Below, one piece after another: positions 49,575-62,065 of a stretch of DNA of 64,000 bases. Location of the stretch: contig NC_042997.1 in assembly GCF_006345805.1 (NCBI RefSeq), positions 156,426,001-156,490,000 of the forward strand, given 5' to 3'. The notes beneath the pieces were generated by a model, which searched no databases, was not told the DNA's origin, and saw only the letters and a program-made list of their open reading frames with translations. Origin of the DNA: Octopus sinensis (Eukaryota). A program made the position numbers and the translations under genes. Numbering within the stretch: the first letter of the stretch is position 1; each line of letters starts with the position of its first letter.

Positions 49575-50842
49575 ATATATTGCAGGTTTTTTATAGTTCT
49601 GTTATTTTTCAAACTTAAGATAAACAAAGTTCTTTTTAAATCTAAAATATACTCTCTTTCATTTTCTACAATGCTCTTCCATCTATCTGGTAGACTTGCA
49701 AAGCCCCTCTTTTAAAATTCACTTGTCTGTGACAAAATAACTCCTCTAGTACTGTTCTGACCTTGTCTACAGAATTCCTATTTTTTCTGCCCAAATGATT
49801 TTGAAGACTGCGAAATATATGATAATCAGATGGGGCAATGTGAGAATATGACGGGAGAAACATCATTTCCCATTCAAACTTCTCCAGCCTTTGGAATGTC
49901 ATCCTCACTGTATGTGGCCAAGCATTATCCTGATGGAAGAACACCTTTCGTCTTAAAACCAAAGATGGTCATTTTTCTTCTAGAGCTGACTTAAGACGCT
50001 CAAGCTGCTCACAGTAAATCTCCTTTGTTATGGTTTGGTTTGGGTTTAAAAGTTCAAAGTGGACTAAACCTTTCATATCCCACCAAACAGATAACAACAT
50101 CTTACGTGGGTGAAGACCTTCTTTAGCCTGGGGTGTCGGTGTTTCTCTTTTCCCTACCCACTGTCTTCAGTGCTTGACAGTTTTGTAGAGAACCCATTTC
50201 TTGTCACCAGTTACTGTTCGGTCCAAAAAAGATTCATTTGTGAGATGTGACAGCAAAGAACACACATTCCCTCTCTACATGCGATTAGACTCATAAAGTT
50301 TGTGAGGAACCCACTGACCCAATTTGCTGACTTTTCTGATGGCACACAGGTGTTGATGAATGGTTGAATGACCAAATCCAAGCTTCTCTACTAGTTCCTC
50401 AACAGTTACGAAGGGATTTTGTTCCATCAGGGTTTGCAGGACATCTTCATCAAGCTCTACAGATCTTCCAGGATGAGGTTTGTCTTCTAGGCTGTAGTTT
50501 CTGGCTCAGAAATTCGGGAACCACCATTGACACTGGCTTATGCTTATTGTCTGATCCCCATAAATTGCATTAATATTCCTTGCACTTTCTGTCGCACTGT
50601 TGCTTTTATTGAACTCAGAAGGCAAAATATGCCGAATATGCTTCTTTGTCACTTCCATTACAGCTTTGTAAAAATAAATGTTAAAATCGAACTGCACTCT
50701 TCAAAACTTGCACTAAGAATAAGCACAAGATAAAATTACTACCTGCTTTTATAGCAAGTTGATGAAGGTAGTTTATCCTGTCCCCCTCTGACTTTTAATT
50801 CATGCAATTGAAAAAACCCACATTATTTAATGGATGACCCAA
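49575..50842 (-). mobile_element. Near full-length mariner transposon
   Basis: Right TIR ...ttatttaatggatgacccaa|TA; left TIR eroded next to the SINE. Confidence 0.9.
49638..50658 (-). pseudogene. Mariner transposase pseudogene
   Basis: MEVTKKHIRHIL, WVPHKL, TGDKKW, LHPRKMLLSVWWD, HQDNAWPH, IAPSDYHIFRSLQNHL, EYILD; several stops and frameshifts. Confidence 0.92.
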
Positions 50843-50859
50843 TATATATATATATGTTT

Positions 50860-51065
50860 ATATTTATGTGTGTGTCTTTGTGTCTGTGTTTGTCCCCCCA
50901 CCCACCATCACCATAACTTAGTGGTTCAGCAAAGGAAATCAATAGAATATGTACTAGACTTACAAAGAATAAGCCTTGGGGTCAGTTTCTTCAACTAAAA
51001 CTTTTTAAGGTGTTGCTCTCAGCATGGCCACAGTCAAATGACTGAAACAAGTAAAAGAATAAAAG
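50860..51065 (+). mobile_element. SINE family B 3' half
   Basis: gtgtttgtccccc...cagcatggccacagtcaaatgactgaaacaagtaaaagaataaaag. Confidence 0.85.
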
Positions 51066-51559
51066 AATATATAGACATAAGCATGTTTAACACCATCAAT
51101 GTATTTCACAGACATACCATTCATTTACAATGTACCCTACTTAAAACCATATACGTATATTGTATTCTATTTGCATTCATACAACTACTTCTGATGTTTG
51201 AAAGTGAATTTGTGTCAAATCCAGAATGAGGAACACATTTAACTATGTAGTGCATGAAAATTATGCCTGAACATAAAAAAGGATGTGGTGAGTAGGAACA
51301 GAATGTTTTGATCATAGATCATAGGTTTACTCCAGAAGAGTTGAGCTGGAAATAAACAAGTTTAAAAACAAAACATACGAAAATAAAACCATATTACATA
51401 CTATACACACTTCCTAGCTTTCTAGGATAATTTTTCACTATAAGAATGATTTAATAAACTTTACTGTAAAAACAATTTAAATCAAAGTGTGCTCAATGAA
51501 ATAATATGGAACATGAAAATAATTATGGAAGTCACTGAAATAAAGGTACAAATCATCAT

Positions 51560-51950
51560 TTTAGCATCTGCTTTCTGTGCATGCATAGATCAGATGGAGT
51601 TCGATGAGGCCAATTTTCTATGATTGAATGTCCTTCCTGTCAACAAGCTTCATCTGGTTCCAAGCATCTGTTTCCCCATGGCCATACACACTTTTGCAGA
51701 ATAGTGAAATGAATGATGCTGCTTGGTGACTGACATTCATTTACAACTAACATATGATGTCAAAACAAGAAGACACAAAAATACACACATATACACACAA
51801 TACACAACCAACTTCTTTCAGTTTCCATTTACCAAATCTCAAGGTTTTAGTCAGCTCAGGCCTATAATAGAAGACACTTGCCCCACAATGGGAGTGAACC
51901 CAGTACCATAGAATTGGAAAGTGAACTTCTTGATCAAATAACCATGCCTG
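51560..51950 (-). mobile_element. RTE-tailed SINE with family B head, minus strand, diverged
   Basis: Reverse complement of the 2500-2876 organisation. Confidence 0.7.
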
Positions 51951-52847
51951 TGAAGTATGAAATTCACTGAGATAATACAAAACTCATTGAAACTCAGTCA
52001 AATAGAATGGAATTAAGTGAAATAATTATTTAACACACTAAAACAATATGGAAATAATAATTTTTATATAAATTTAAAGGAAAAAAACTTTCAAATATGA
52101 ATATTACTGTATCTTTTGAAGTTGTCATTGTTTGATAAATGTTTTGATCTGAGAACTTGTTTTGAAACTAAAGTTATGCAAGAGCCATTTTAACTATTCC
52201 AGAACACAAAAATTTACATTCATTTTCCACCTGTATCTTGAAGTGTTAAAATTTTCATCACACTTCTGTGACCCCCATCATTGAATAAAATTTCACTACA
52301 ATTGTTGACTACCCTTTAGATACCCCAGTAGGAGATTACCTGCAGTAGAAACAGGATTTTGGGTTGATAACATAACTATCATATCCACTTACATAACAGA
52401 AAGCCAGTAACCAGAAAAGACCCTGTTATGTTGGCAACTGCCAAACTGAACATTCAGTAATATGCTTCATAAGAGTAATAAAACATGTCACAAACACACC
52501 CACCTCAAGAACAAAACATATTCAGTATTTTATTTTCTGAATGTAGTTATCTGGTTACACACAAAAAAGATAATTTCAGGCTATATAAAGTAGCTATGGA
52601 AAAATTTGAAAATATCCTAAACAACAATTCCAACAGAATATACTTTCTCTATACCATAACAAGATTTAGAACAAAGTAGTTAGCAATAATAATTGCTTCT
52701 AATTTAAGCAGAAGGTTAGCAATTTTAAGGAAGTGGTTTAATCAGTGCCATCAATCCCAGTATTTTGACTAGTTTCATTGACCTTGGATGGTGTAAAACT
52801 CAGTACTAAAATACCTAACAGTTTTAATAATAATAATAATAATAATG

Positions 52848-52886
<39 letters not shown>

Positions 52887-52889
<3 letters not shown>

Positions 52890-53503
52890 TGCCCTGATGC
52901 AGTACCAAATGCCCTGATGCAGTACCAAATGCCCTGATGCAGTACCAATGCCCTGATGCAGTACCAGGCAGTGGCTCTCATGGCTTCTGATCTTAACTGA
53001 TTGGAAGTGTTATCATGTACATTGTTTTGTCTTGGTATAAAAGATGGGCTACAGCAAATATTCTGCTCAATACCACAGATTTGCTTGTCAGTTGTTTGAC
53101 CTTAACCAGTTGAACATGTCCCTTAGTGGCTGACGATATGTGCATCTCTGATCACGAGCAGAAGTAGTGGGGGAGCATCATAGCCATGTGTTGAGAGGGA
53201 TTCTTTGGGGTTTGAATAATTCACCTCTGGAAACATGGGTGGTTCTTTCAACATCCTTAAACAACCCTTATTCAGGGACCGTTTGAGCGGGAAGGGCTAC
53301 TCAACCTGAAGAAAATTCTAACTGGGCCCCACCTGCAAGGTCATGTGCTGTTTATCTTGATATGAGATCACCATGTCGCGCACATATGGTTGTGATGCAT
53401 GTGCCTGGTGTGCCTTTATCAGACGGGTAGTCATGATGGGTATATTGGGCTTCGTATATTTTACCCCAGTGTCACTTTGATGGCATGAACTGCTCTCTCA
53501 CTC

Positions 53504-53504
<1 letters not shown>
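52887..53504. mobile_element. Unclassified (AAT)n-associated element with four tandem 20-bp terminal units
   Basis: (aaatgccctgatgcagtacc)x4 at 52887-52965; (AAT)n at 52826-52886 and 53504-53560. Confidence 0.9.
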
Positions 53505-53560
<56 letters not shown>

Positions 53561-53562
<2 letters not shown>

Positions 53563-53755
53563 AATTATTGTATACAGTGCTCAGGTGCACCACAACTTGT
53601 CAAAAGTGTGTATAAAGCATAAGCAGTAATGTACAAATGTCAGGAAAGTGAACAGTGTATGAGTCAGATACATGCTTGTGTGTGTATGGAGGGGAGAAAA
53701 TCAGGTGTAGTGTTGGCGAATCTCAGAAAGCATAGAAGTTTTGAAGGATGCAGTT
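53561..53755 (-). mobile_element. CR1-type 3' end
   Basis: Matches 18340-18535; its (ATT)n tail is the tract next to the unclassified element. Confidence 0.88.
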
Positions 53756-53898
53756 TAAGAAAATCCTCTGAGAAACTAAGCTTAATATTGAAATTATATA
53801 AAAAGTAAGACAGATAGAATTATTAGATCAATAATTTGTAAATCTTTACATTTTGACACCTGTACAAAGACTAAGCTATGTGCCAAAAATTCACATAC

Positions 53899-53964
53899 CA
53901 CTCGCAAAGTAAAAAATATAGTATACTACATATGGTGCCAAGAAAGGAGCATGTGTTAACCTTC
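53899..53964 (-). other. Candidate 66-nt exon
   Basis: gtttctcctaagtttcag|GAAGG...GAGTG|gtatgt; two open frames, both hydrophobic (RLTHAPFLAPYVVYYIFYFAS or KVNTCSFLGTICSILYFLLCE). Confidence 0.25.
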
Positions 53965-55097
53965 CTGAAACTTAGGAGAAACAGTTTAAAATATCAGTGA
54001 ACATTGGAACAACTATGTTGAATAGAAAACTACTTTCATACTTTTCCAACATGTGCTAAAATATAATGGTTCGATTAACAGACTTAAAGTGACTATCATA
54101 ACTACACCTAATTATGATACAATGCTAAGATGAGTAACTGAATTAGTTTCTATACAAAAGTATAAACCCAGTAACTCTGAACTAAAATTGGCTTGAACTG
54201 TGACAATCCATCCAACCCATGCCAGCATAGAAAGCAGGCATGTGGTGAGGGTAGTGGTATAGTTAAAATTACTTTACTTTCAAATGAGGTTTCCTTTGCT
54301 AATTACAAAATGTTGAAACATAAATATAAGTGATAAATTTTCTGTAAAATTGGAAAGATATGACTAAAAGGACATTAGAGAAAATAAGAAAATGTAGCAG
54401 TTAATGTTTTTCTAAAGCAGAAAACTTATTGTTTAAATATGTTGGACAGAGTAATAATTAAAATAATATACACAATAGATATTAGAATATATAAACAATA
54501 TAATTTGTTAAACAATCAAATTTCAGAACAAAAGCAAGATCTATTATTTTTGTTATTGGTTGTAATTAAATGAGACACAACATCAGAAGTAGTTCTTTTG
54601 TAATTATGTACAACCTGCTTTATAAGTACTAATACATTGTCTGTTGTTTTACAAATAGAATAAAATATATTCTGTTCCATAGAAATATAGCTATATATTG
54701 AACATAAAAATAACAAATGGTTAAACAATTAGAAATAAAATATATATTCAATTTTTAACTTTGTAAATAGCTATATGCAAATTAAATACATGTTTTTGAA
54801 CCTAGATGTTGTACTGAAAAAAATCAGCTCCTGCCCCCATCAATAAATAATTAAATAATATCAATGAGACTTTTAGCATGTCTTGGGCTGTTAGACATAG
54901 AGCCCAACTCTTTCCAGATCTAACCAGCATCAATTTCTTCTGAAGAGAGAGAGATGAAGTAATCGAATATTATTAGTATGCTTATTGACTACTAAAGGGA
55001 AGGAAAAACTGAAATCATCAGGATTTGATCTGGGAGAAGAAGACTGGAATGAATATTATAAGGTATTTTATCTGACCCTCTAACTACTTCAATTCAC

Positions 55098-55185
<88 letters not shown>
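55098..55185. repeat. (CT)n microsatellite
   Basis: Directly visible. Confidence 0.96.
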
Positions 55186-55189
<4 letters not shown>

Positions 55190-55375
55190 AAGCCATGTAA
55201 AATTGCAGTTGCGGCAGATACTGGTGTCACACTAATGGCACCAATGCCATTACATCCAGCCATAGAAACCATGCCAAATTAGACTGTAGCCTGGTGCAGC
55301 CTTCCAGCTTGCCAGCCCTGGTCAAACCATCCAAACCATGCCAGCATGGACAACAGACATTGAATGAAGATTAAA
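55186..55375 (+). mobile_element. RTE 3' fragment
   Basis: catccagccatagaaaccatgcc...ccatgccagcatggacaacagacatt. Confidence 0.8.
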
Positions 55376-55377
55376 TG

Positions 55378-55426
<49 letters not shown>

Positions 55427-55427
55427 T

Positions 55428-56345
55428 TCTTTTTCTTATCCCCCGTCTGTCTTGATAGACAATGGGTCGCGCCAAGGGTGGGGCCTACTTTGATGATGAG
55501 CAGCGTCTGCTGTGACTGAACAGTCCAATTCTAGAGTGGCAGTCCCTGGTACAGTTGGTGCACACGAACATCGATGGGTACGTGTGGGTTGTTGCTGCAG
55601 TTGTCCTCCTCCTGTCCCGCCTGTCCGACCACAGCTGTGCTCTCCTTTCCTCAGCCATGGAAACGCCTTTCCTCACTGTCCAACGCCAGGCAGAGCGGTC
55701 AGCAGCTGTTACCTCCCACGTGTCCACACAGATGTTGGCAGTCCTCAGGTCGCGCTTCCACACATCCCTGTATCGTAGCTGTGGACGTCCCTTGGGTCGG
55801 GATCCCGTGGTGAGTTCGCTGTACAGGATGTCTTTAGGCATGCGACCGTCCTGCATGCGGCAGACGTGTCCAAGCCAGCGCAGTCGTCTCCGCACGAGGA
55901 GGGCATGCATGCTTGGCATATTAGTCTGTTCTAGGATGACTCCGTTTGGTACTCGGTCCTTCCAGGAGATGCCAAGGATCCGTCGAAGACACCGCATGTG
56001 GAAGCCGCTGAGGATGCATTCTTGCCGGGCGTATGTTGTCCAGCTCTCGCTGCCGTAGAGTAGGGTGCTCAGCACGCAGGCTCGGTATACTGTGAGCATG
56101 CTCGGTACACTGTGAGCATGTTGTTTTCCCACACTCTCCTGGAGAGCTTAGCCATGGCAGCAGCAGCCTTCCCAATCCGTCTGTTCAGCTCCGGCTCGAG
56201 GGACAGGCTGCTGGAGACCGTCGATCCCAGGTAAGTGAACTCGTTCACCACCTGCAAGCTGTGGTCGCCGACACTGATGCTGGGGACCCCTCCGACGTCC
56301 TGGCCCATGATCTCTGTCTTTTTCAGGCCGATGGTAATGCCGAAC
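55428..56345 (-). mobile_element. GC-rich RTE-BovB-like LINE, 5'-truncated, C-terminal ORF nearly intact
   Basis: EFTYLGS, VYRACVLSTLLYGSESW, FHMRCLRRIL, RRLRWLGHV, RPKGRPQLRY, CTNC...HSRIGLFSHSRRC. Stop at 55485-55487; short 3' UTR with a gtct-atca-agac stem; one frameshift. Confidence 0.93.
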
Positions 56346-58830
56346 TCATCATCATCAACATCATCATTTAATGACTGCTTTTCATGCTGGCATGAGTTAG
56401 ACAGTTGGACTGAGGACTGACAAGCCAGGAGGCTGCATCAGGCTTCAGTCAGATCTGGCAAGATTTCTTACACTTTGTTGTGTATGTACACTGACATTAC
56501 ACATCCTTAGCAGTCACAGCCCGTGATTCACTGCCATGTAGTATGGCTGTTCACACATATGCATCATACAGTCTACCTTTCACTCTGAGTGAGAGGCCTT
56601 TTGTTACTAGCAGAGGTAGGAGCTCTCTGAACTTTGCCCAGGCTATTCTTATTTTAGCAGCTACACTCTTAGAGCATCCACCCCACTATTAACTTGGTCA
56701 CCAAGTTTTTCCCCCTGGCATGTAATGGAATCTGTTTTCTGTACATCAGTGCTTGTTGTCCCTGTACATCTGTCACACTCAAAAACTATCTTCCCAGTTA
56801 ACCTTCTTTTGACATTGCTGCACCTCTTATATGTCCATAGCTTACACCAGATACATCTTATAGATTTCTACTAACGCATTTTCTACAGATCAAGCAGGGT
56901 CATCTACCTGAAAGGATTTGTGATTTGTCTGCTTTCCAACTTATTAAGACTTTGGTTTTTGCTTGATTGACTCTAAGGCCCTTCATTTCTAGACCTTGCT
57001 TCCACACCAGAAACATTTCCTCTAGTTCTGATAGTGACTCAGCAATTAGAGCAAGGTCATCAGCATAGAGGAGATCCCAGGGGCAGCCTGTCTTGAACTC
57101 CTCTGTTATTGCCTGGATGACTATGATGAATAAGAAGGGGATGAGGACTCACCCTTGGTGAACCCCTATTTCTACCAGGAATTCTTCTCTATACTCATTG
57201 CCAACCCTCACCTTACTGATAGCATCCTTGTATATAGGTCGTACAGCTCTCACCAACCACTCATCTATCCCTAGTTTCTGCATTGACCACCAGATGAGGG
57301 ATTGGGGGACCCTGTCAAAGGCTTTCTCCATGTCAATAAAAGCCAAGTACAGGGGTTTATCTTTGGCTAAGAATTTCTACTGCAGCTGTCTTACCAGAAA
57401 TATAGCTTCAGTGGTGCTTCTCCCTGGCACAAACCCAAACTGTATCTTGTCTAAACTAATTCTCTCACTAATTAGTTGGGCTATGACCCTCTCCATGACT
57501 TTCATCACCTCTGTAATTCTTCCTATCTAATGTGCCACCATTACCTTTGTAGTAGTTGACTAGGGTGCTGCTACACCAGTCATGATTCCCTCATGTATTA
57601 CCTGGTTGACTATACAGATGACTAGACAATCACCTACACTGCCAGATATTTTAAGCATCTCAGCAGTGATTCTTGATGGGCTAGGGGCTTTCCCTGTCAT
57701 ACCCTTAATTGCTTTATCTACCAAGGTACTGTCAATTCAAATAACTGGTCTCTCTGTTGGGTCAACATTTGGCAGACTCTCTTTCTCCCATTCATTCTCT
57801 TCATTTAGCAACCTTTCATAGTGGCGTCACCAAGTCTCTCCTTGCAACCTCATTAAATGCAAGTGATCCATCATCCATGCGGACACATTTCTCTCCTATG
57901 ATATCACAATTCTCTCTCACACACTGTCTTGCAATACAAACCATTTCAAGTCTCTGGTCCTCATGACACAGAGCATTGGCAATTTTTTTCTTATCTGCTT
58001 CCCACTCTGGCTAAGTAAACCTGTCTCCTAGCTTCCCTTCTGGCGATCTGATACAGTTCCCTGCTACCAGCACATTTCCAGTCCTTCCATGCCTGTTTCT
58101 TTTCCCTAATGGACCTGTCAACTACATTGTTCCACCACCACATTACCTTAGGTCAAGAGGGGACTTTGCACCAGCCGCAGATCTGGTCAGTAGGCCTCAA
58201 CAAGTTATCCTGTAGGATCCTTCAGTTGTCCTTCACATTATGTGATGCTATATCCTCCTCTTTTTCATCAAAATCTTCAAGTCTCTAAATCTCTGTCCAT
58301 TCAGAGGATCCTTAAGCTTCCAGACTCTTCTTTTCCATGCTGGTCATCTTTTGGGCAACCATTCAGCCCTGATCTTGAAGTTGCTAACTACTAACCTATG
58401 TTATGGGGTGCATTCCTCACCTGGGAAAGTTTTGGCATTTATAAGTAGCTGTCTTTCCTGTTTCCTGGCTAGAAGTAGTCCATCTGACTAGTGTGCCCAC
58501 CAGACTGGTAGGTGAACTGGTGACTGGTAGGTTTCCTGAAGTTAGTATTATAGATCATAAGATCATTTGCCTCACAGAACTCCAGCAGCCTGGTTCCCTC
58601 CTCATTGCAGGAACTAAATCTGTTGCCACCATGTTCACCATGGAAGCTTCCTGGATGTTGTCCAACAGGCCCATTGAAGTCACTAGCCACAAAGTGAAGG
58701 TCTCTATCATTCGTCAACGAGGTATTCTGCAAGAGGGTGTCATAAAATCAGTCTTTCTGTTTATCAAGTAGCCCTGGCTGAGAGGTGTAGGCCAAGATAA
58801 TGGTTGCTAATCCATGTTGCAGCACTAGTT
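56346..58830 (-). mobile_element. Native RTE LINE, longest copy here: APE endonuclease plus RT, decayed, internal 3' deletion
   Basis: SDFNG, NEEGTRLLEFC, NTNFRK, DMEKAFDRVP, GVHQG, YADD (57056-57067); (GAT)n tail at 56346-56368. Confidence 0.94.
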
Positions 58831-59252
58831 TAATAGTATATATATATATACATACACACATACAAGAGAGAGAGAAGGAGTGATGATTATGTTGACAAAT
58901 ACAATACTATGTTTCTTTGAAGATATAATGTTAAAGTCAATGAAATCAACTTTGTGTGTGTGTGTGTGTGTGTGTGCACGCGTGCACATGTGCATACATG
59001 CATGTGTGTGAGTGTATTTGTGAGAGAGAGAGATAGTGAGAAAGAGAGAGAGAAATACAGACTAACAAATCCAGTCTTTATAATCATTAATATAGATTTT
59101 CTTGAGTGGAAGAAAAGCATCCATTTTCATTCCATTAGTATCATTATTAATATTGTAACAGCATAGGTAATATCTGCTTCTCTTATGACATCATCTTATT
59201 CACCAACCCTTAAGACATTGATTTTTAACATAGATATAAGGCAATCCAAATT

Positions 59253-59423
59253 CTTATGAAGGAAATGACAGAGGACTGATGTATGTGGCACATTGCTATA
59301 CTCAAAAAGAGCCACCCACTACGACTGAATTGAGATCCTAAAACCAAGGTCACATGAAGAGCATTGGTGTGGGTGCTGGTGTCACATACAAAGCACTGGT
59401 GATGGTACCACATAAAAATCACC
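59253..59423 (+). repeat. 171-bp exact copy of 61517-61687
   Basis: Compared base by base; no difference seen. Confidence 0.92.
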
Positions 59424-60176
59424 AGTTTAACAAGTCAGTTCTGAGAGGATTTGAACTCAGAATATAAAGAGATATATGCAATAGTTTTGTTGGCAGAGTA
59501 GAGATTTGTAATATACCATGTAATTAAATACTGCAAAGTATTTTGTATGGTGCTTTACTAATACAGCAATATTTACTACTCTGCACAATATCTAGAATGT
59601 AACTAACGGTTCTGCTCTTATCTAAAACAATAATACTGTGGAAATAGAAATGGTTACAACCTTTTCTTGTTTGTTGCAGTTAGATAATTTTTTTGAAATA
59701 AATTCCTTTGCAGAGAACAGATTTATCAACAAATCCTGATTCCGTTCTCCAAGCTGCCATACGAACCTTGATATCAACTTCGTATCTCTTCTCAATGGGT
59801 TTGTTGGTTTGTTCCTATCTTTCTTTATGCAACAGTATTAAAAACAACTTTGTTAATCATCTCTTACTACAAACATCACTCTTTTGCCAAAACTCTTTTT
59901 CCTATATGGCTCCTTCCTTTTGAGCAACCATTTTCTTTCTGACCTTTGCCAACTATTTATTCTCAGGATATAGCTAGCATAGATTCAAATCTAAGTATAG
60001 ACTTCAACTACAGTCAAATAAACCTTATTTATTTTATCCTAAATCAAGAATTCTGTAATTGCCGAAATCAATGAAATATATTTGCAAAATATCCCAAAAT
60101 AATCTTTCTTTCAATGCTCAGTCTGGCTCTATATACTGAAATGTCTAATCCTGCAGCTTTAGCTGGAATATTTTGG

Positions 60177-60179
<3 letters not shown>

Positions 60180-60222
<43 letters not shown>

Positions 60223-60232
60223 TATATATATA
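60180..60232. repeat. (TA)n microsatellite
   Basis: Directly visible. Confidence 0.95.
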
Positions 60233-61344
60233 TGAAAAGATAACTAAAACTGTTTTGGCATAACAACATTGTATTGGATTTATATTTGACAAAAAGATAT
60301 TATTCAAGGTAATGTTATACATACTAGAATAAAGCTAATTTCGGGGTCAATAGTTTGGAACACAATCTGAGTGCCACATTACATATATGTATATATATTG
60401 ATTTCATAATGTATTCAATGCTATGTCTGTGTTGATATGAAAACAAATTCAGTGCCCAGAGCCATACTTGTCTCTGCCTTAACACAGTGGTTACCAAAAC
60501 TATGAGCATAATAATCTTGTAAAAAAATTCACAAAGTGATGTTAGTTCTTCATGAGGAACAGAGATCTGATGTTTCAGATAAAACCCTTCACTGGGGATA
60601 AATAATCTTGTAAGATTTTGTACTGACACACACAATTACTGGTTTTCTCAAATTTTACCACATTACTATAAAATTTTAACATGACAACAAACATGTCCTG
60701 TCAAGCACCCAAAAGTGAGTGATTTTTATTATTTGAAATATGAAATATATTTAAATGTAAGAATATCAAAAAAATATCAAAAAAATATATTATCACATTT
60801 TATACATTAACTGGAACAAGAGGAAATATTTTCTTTTTCATGAATTGATATGATTTGCTAAGTATCTTATATTGACTTGATTTTTAAGATGAAACTATTA
60901 TAATGTAATGCATAAGCTGGATGTTTTGAAGCTATATTCTGAATAACAGAATATATTTGAGACAACTATGCTTCTTCTCCGACATAGATTTCCTGTATTT
61001 TCATCTAATATTTCCAAGTATTGACAGTCTACAAACACTGATATAGCTTGTCAAATATCTACTAACATTTTTACAAACGCCAACACGTAACCCTACCAAA
61101 ATTCTAGATTTTTCAAAAAACCCCACCTCTAACCATTCCTCATTCTCCCCACATTCTTGCAACCACCCTTCCCAGTTTTCTGCCTCCACTCTCTCTTCTG
61201 TTCACTTTGTATTTTGAGGGCTTATCCTGAAACTTCACCACCACTACCTGTATCTCTCTTTTCATTTCGAAATTGTTAGTCCCATTCACTCTCATATAAT
61301 GTGAAGCAGCCAAATATTTCTCTCTTAGTCCCATTCAATCAAGG

Positions 61345-61860
61345 AAGATCTTAGACTCAAAAATTACATGATAACCCCACTGGTGCAGGTACCAGAGAAA
61401 AAGCACCTTGTGCACTCTATAAAGTGGTTGGCATTAGAAAGGGGGAAAGTTGTAGAAGCAGGAAACCCAGAAAGACATGGGATGAAGTACTGTAGGCTGA
61501 TCTCAAAATGCTGTGCCTTATGAAGGAAATGACAGAGGACTGATGTATGTGGCACATTGCTATACTCAAAAAGAGCCACCCACTACGACTGAATTGAGAT
61601 CCTAAAACCAAGGTCACATGAAGAGCATTGGTGTGGGTGCTGGTGTCACATACAAAGCACTGGTGATGGTACCACATAAAAATCACCCAGCACACTTTGT
61701 AAAGTGGTTGGCATTAGCTGTAAAAGGCATCCAGCCGTAGAAACCAAGCCAAAATGGACTATGGAAACTGGTGTGGCCCCTGGCCTTGCCAGTCTCCCTC
61801 AAGCTGTCCAACCCATACCAGCATGGAAAATGGATGTTAAATGTAAATGATGATGATTCA
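61345..61860 (+). mobile_element. Old diverged RTE 3' fragments
   Basis: gtggttggcattag...catccagccgtagaaacc...ggatgttaaatg...gatgat. Confidence 0.8.
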
Positions 61861-61982
61861 GCTATAGAAACCATGCTAAAGCAGATACTGAAGCATAATT
61901 CAGCCCTCCAACTCATCAGATCTTTTTATAATATAAATATATATAAATATGTGTGTGTGTCAGAGAGAGACAAACAAACAGA

Positions 61983-61984
<2 letters not shown>

Positions 61985-62027
<43 letters not shown>

Positions 62028-62065
62028 TGTGTGTGTGGTGTGTGTGTGTGCGTGTGTGTGTGTGT
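61985..62065. repeat. (TG)n microsatellite
   Basis: Directly visible. Confidence 0.95.

Noticed and set aside
52887-52965. CRISPR-like appearance of the 20-bp repeats and of the RTE UTR modules
   Set aside because: There are no unique spacers and no cas genes, and the context is a eukaryotic retroelement.
55512-56175. Overlapping and antisense ORFs at 55512, 55555, 55574 and 55921
   Set aside because: They are shadow frames of the GC-rich RTE coding sequence.
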